A program made the translations under genes and the position numbers. 64,000 nt of DNA from Microthyrium microscopicum (lineage: Eukaryota): NCBI GenBank assembly GCA_010405405.1, contig MU004236.1, positions 570,576-634,575 on the forward strand. The letters are read 5' to 3'. The notes beneath the pieces were generated by a model. It made no database searches, was not told the DNA's origin, and worked only from the letters and a program-made list of their open reading frames with translations. Positions 61,346-64,000 of the stretch are shown here, in pieces; the stretch's first letter is position 1, and the number at the start of each line of letters is the position of its first letter.

Positions 61346-63692
61346 ATGGCTCCTGGCGCAATTGCAATCACTACTTCACTTCCTCCAGCTACGTCTAATG
61401 GTCTAGCCAAGAAAGGAAGGATAAGGCATGGTAGTGTTGGTCAAAGAGAAGCAGAAGCACATGTTCCTACTCTCAAGAATCAGGGAAAATCTGATTGTGC
61501 TGTTCGAATTATCGGCATAACAGAGGTCAAGGCTGGAATTCCAACAGAGAAGTTATCAAACTCGAAAAACGGTGAATGTAAGCTGTCAATTTCATTGTCG
61601 CAATTGAAGTCTACCTAACAATTCCTGCAGTTTGGAAAGATCCAGAGATCAATTTGATATTATCAAATGCTGGATCAACTGTCCAAGTGTCCCCAACTTC
61701 CTCAAGTTTTGCGATCAAGCGGTCAAGAGCTTTGCAGGCCAAGAAAGAATCGCGGCGCCCAGCACTTACCATGCGAACAAGTTCTTCGCAAAATGTAAAG
61801 AAATTTCACTACGGTGGTCCTCACGTAGTCGCAAATGACGCTACTGTTCGTCGCTTAACCTCTGGCATGTGGGCTGTTCGAAAGGAAGCCTTTGTCGGCG
61901 CCAAGCAAGATGGTGGACGACTTCTCAAGCAGATTGAAAAGCAAATACTCTTCTCTTCGCGATGCCGGACTGGTAATTTGCAGTATGTCAGTGCTCCGGA
62001 AATCTACGGCATCAACCTTCCAGGAAAGGATGTAGCAGCTGGAAGCATTGGAATCGACATGGAATACATTCCGTTCAGCGATGCAAAATTCATCATGCTC
62101 GAGAAGGATCGTGCAACCAACGAGTGGGTAGCTGAGACTGCCATTGAACTTGTGGACTATAACTTTTCAATGAGCAAAACGGCACCTTTGGGAGAACTAC
62201 TTCCAGAATTCGAGAAGAAAGCTCTCAGTATCAAATCCGCCATGTTAAAATCTAAAATGGTTGCCGACAACGAGGCCCTTTTGGTCACACATCAAATAGA
62301 CCGAGTTTTGGAGCATTATCGTCAAATGCCCTCCGCCGAAGTTCCTGTGGGATTCTGTCATGGAGATTTAACATTGGCCAATATGCTGATCGATCCTGAG
62401 AATCGAGAGTTGTGCGTCTTTGATTTCCTCGACTCCTTTGTGGTAAGTCCGTTGGTGCAACAAATAGTCGCAAACTAATCATTTTAGGAATCGCCGTTAC
62501 AAGATATTGCAAAGCTTCTTCAAGATGTTCGTCATCAGTGGTTTCTGACACAAACAACCGTGCCTGAAGATCGTAGACCTCGCATGGTTTCACTGCTCTC
62601 CATGTACTACGAAAAGGTCAAAGCCGCATATTGCGACTACGCTCTCTGGGATCTTGTTCCACTTTTTGAGTTTTTCTGTCTTGCACGCATATTGCCTTAT
62701 TTCACCGAACTGAAAGAAAAGCATTGTATCCTGAACGGACTGGAGCGCATTTACAACGATCTCTTCGGCGACCTGGATTCGAAACGCGCCAACGAGCTAC
62801 TTGAACCCCGTCATGTAGACTTGGAGCGGCCATACTCTCCTCATGATCGTAAAGTCACTGTAATTGTGCCAGCGCTAGGGCCTGCCATGGAAACACAATA
62901 CGCATCTGGATCAGTCAAGCTTCTGACGCTTAATGTAGGTCTGCTGTCCATGAAAAGTTGTACATCTCTAACTTCATACAGAGCAACGGGCGCCCAATCA
63001 TTGTCAACAGCATAGCAAGCCTTGATACCACTAATGTATCACGAATCGTGGTTGTGGTATTGAACTCACTGGTAGAGACCAAATGTGGCTCAACAACCGG
63101 TTTTGAGAATCTCTTTGATGGCCTTGAAGCATGCAAAAGAAGTAAGATGGAGTTCATCTATTCTTCAACACAGTCATCCGATGCTTGCGAGTCCGTAACA
63201 TTGGCCATCCATGAGGCCAAGATCACCGGTCCAATCTTTATCAAAGATGCAGACAACGACTTCAAGACTGAGGTCATGGATGGCAACTACGTCAACTTTA
63301 CAAGTGTAGTACGCGAAGATCACCCAGCAAACCCATGGCAACAATCACTACGACCAGACCTCGTGGATGCTATGAAGAAGAGTTACGTTTCATTTGTGTA
63401 TGATAACGTCATCTCCAATGTTGCATACGGATCATTCATCTCCTCCAACTTTTGTTGTGGTGGCTGGAGTTTTCTCAGTGCCGGGCTCTTCTTGGACGCT
63501 GTCAACTCTTTGCGCGATCTGCTTGCTACGTCAGGCTTGGAGCATGGCAGTAAACGAGGTGAGTTGCGCGTTGTTGACGTTCTTTGGCAATTGGTATCTG
63601 AAGGCCATCTGTTCTTTGGAATCAAGGCCGAGGACTATCAGGATTGGGGATCGAATGCAGCGTGGCTTGCTTCCATCAATACTCGGCTTTAA
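61346..63692 (+). CDS. Fusion protein: APH/choline-kinase-like phosphotransferase + C-terminal degenerate nucleotidyltransferase-fold domain, 4 exons
   Basis: Introns 61578-61630, 62443-62487 and 62935-62981 join in frame. Kinase motifs VRK, RLLKQIEKQ, MEYI, CHGDLTLANML, FDFLDSFVESPLQDIAKLLQD; then VIVPALG, GPIFIKDADNDF, NFCCGGWSF, YQDWGS. Confidence 0.85.
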
Positions 63693-64000
63693 GCGAGACA
63701 TTGGCATTATTGGTGCGATCTAGATTTGACATTCAGCATTTTTATAGCTTCGCTCTTTCTCCTTCTGGCTACCTGTGGCGTCTATTGGGACCACAAACAC
63801 GTATGCATTGGATTTAGCTAGGTATTGTAGAATAATATGAACCTTACAGGCCAGCTAATACCATTTGGTGATGACCCATGTATGACAGTATTCCATCGAC
63901 AAAGCAAGTTCTATGCATAGCAATTCCTTGTACTTGCAAATGAAACGATGTAGCAGTATCCAGAAGCCGTTTTGGGCAATTCTTATCTTATATGGATTGC

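Noticed and set aside
63678..63692. C-terminal -TRL as a peroxisomal PTS1 signal
   Set aside because: Not a canonical PTS1 tripeptide, and the partner protein ends in -GTY.

Overview
Gene-dense 64 kb window from a filamentous ascomycete fungus (GT-AG introns with CTAAC-type branch points; lineage not determinable from this alone). About 31 protein genes are supported. Housekeeping genes (SSN6/CYC8, COX11, HIT zinc finger, TM9SF/EMP70, LSH/IRC5-type SNF2 helicase, RPA43, RPS3, PEX14/17, Mit_KHE1, SRF1-like, DUS3, BAP31/YET) flank a more accessory middle block (~28.9-48 kb) with a phytase, a tandem triplet of zinc-binding genes each preceded by ACGCGT boxes, and two intronless gluzincin-like paralogs. 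The most striking item is at the right end: a head-to-head gene pair (58185-63692) jointly encoding an APH-like kinase, two paralogous nucleotidyltransferase-fold domains (one degenerate) and a HAD phosphatase. This is the kinase/nucleotidyltransferase/phosphatase logic of bacterial NDP-sugar activation modules for capsules. Other notable items: a NuiA (nuclease inhibitor)-like gene, a secreted protein with two 10-Cys modules, and an in-frame tandem copy of the Ssn6 tail right after its stop codon. No rRNA, tRNA, CRISPR or transposon could be supported. All family calls come from motif recognition without database searches, and exon boundaries were read by eye.
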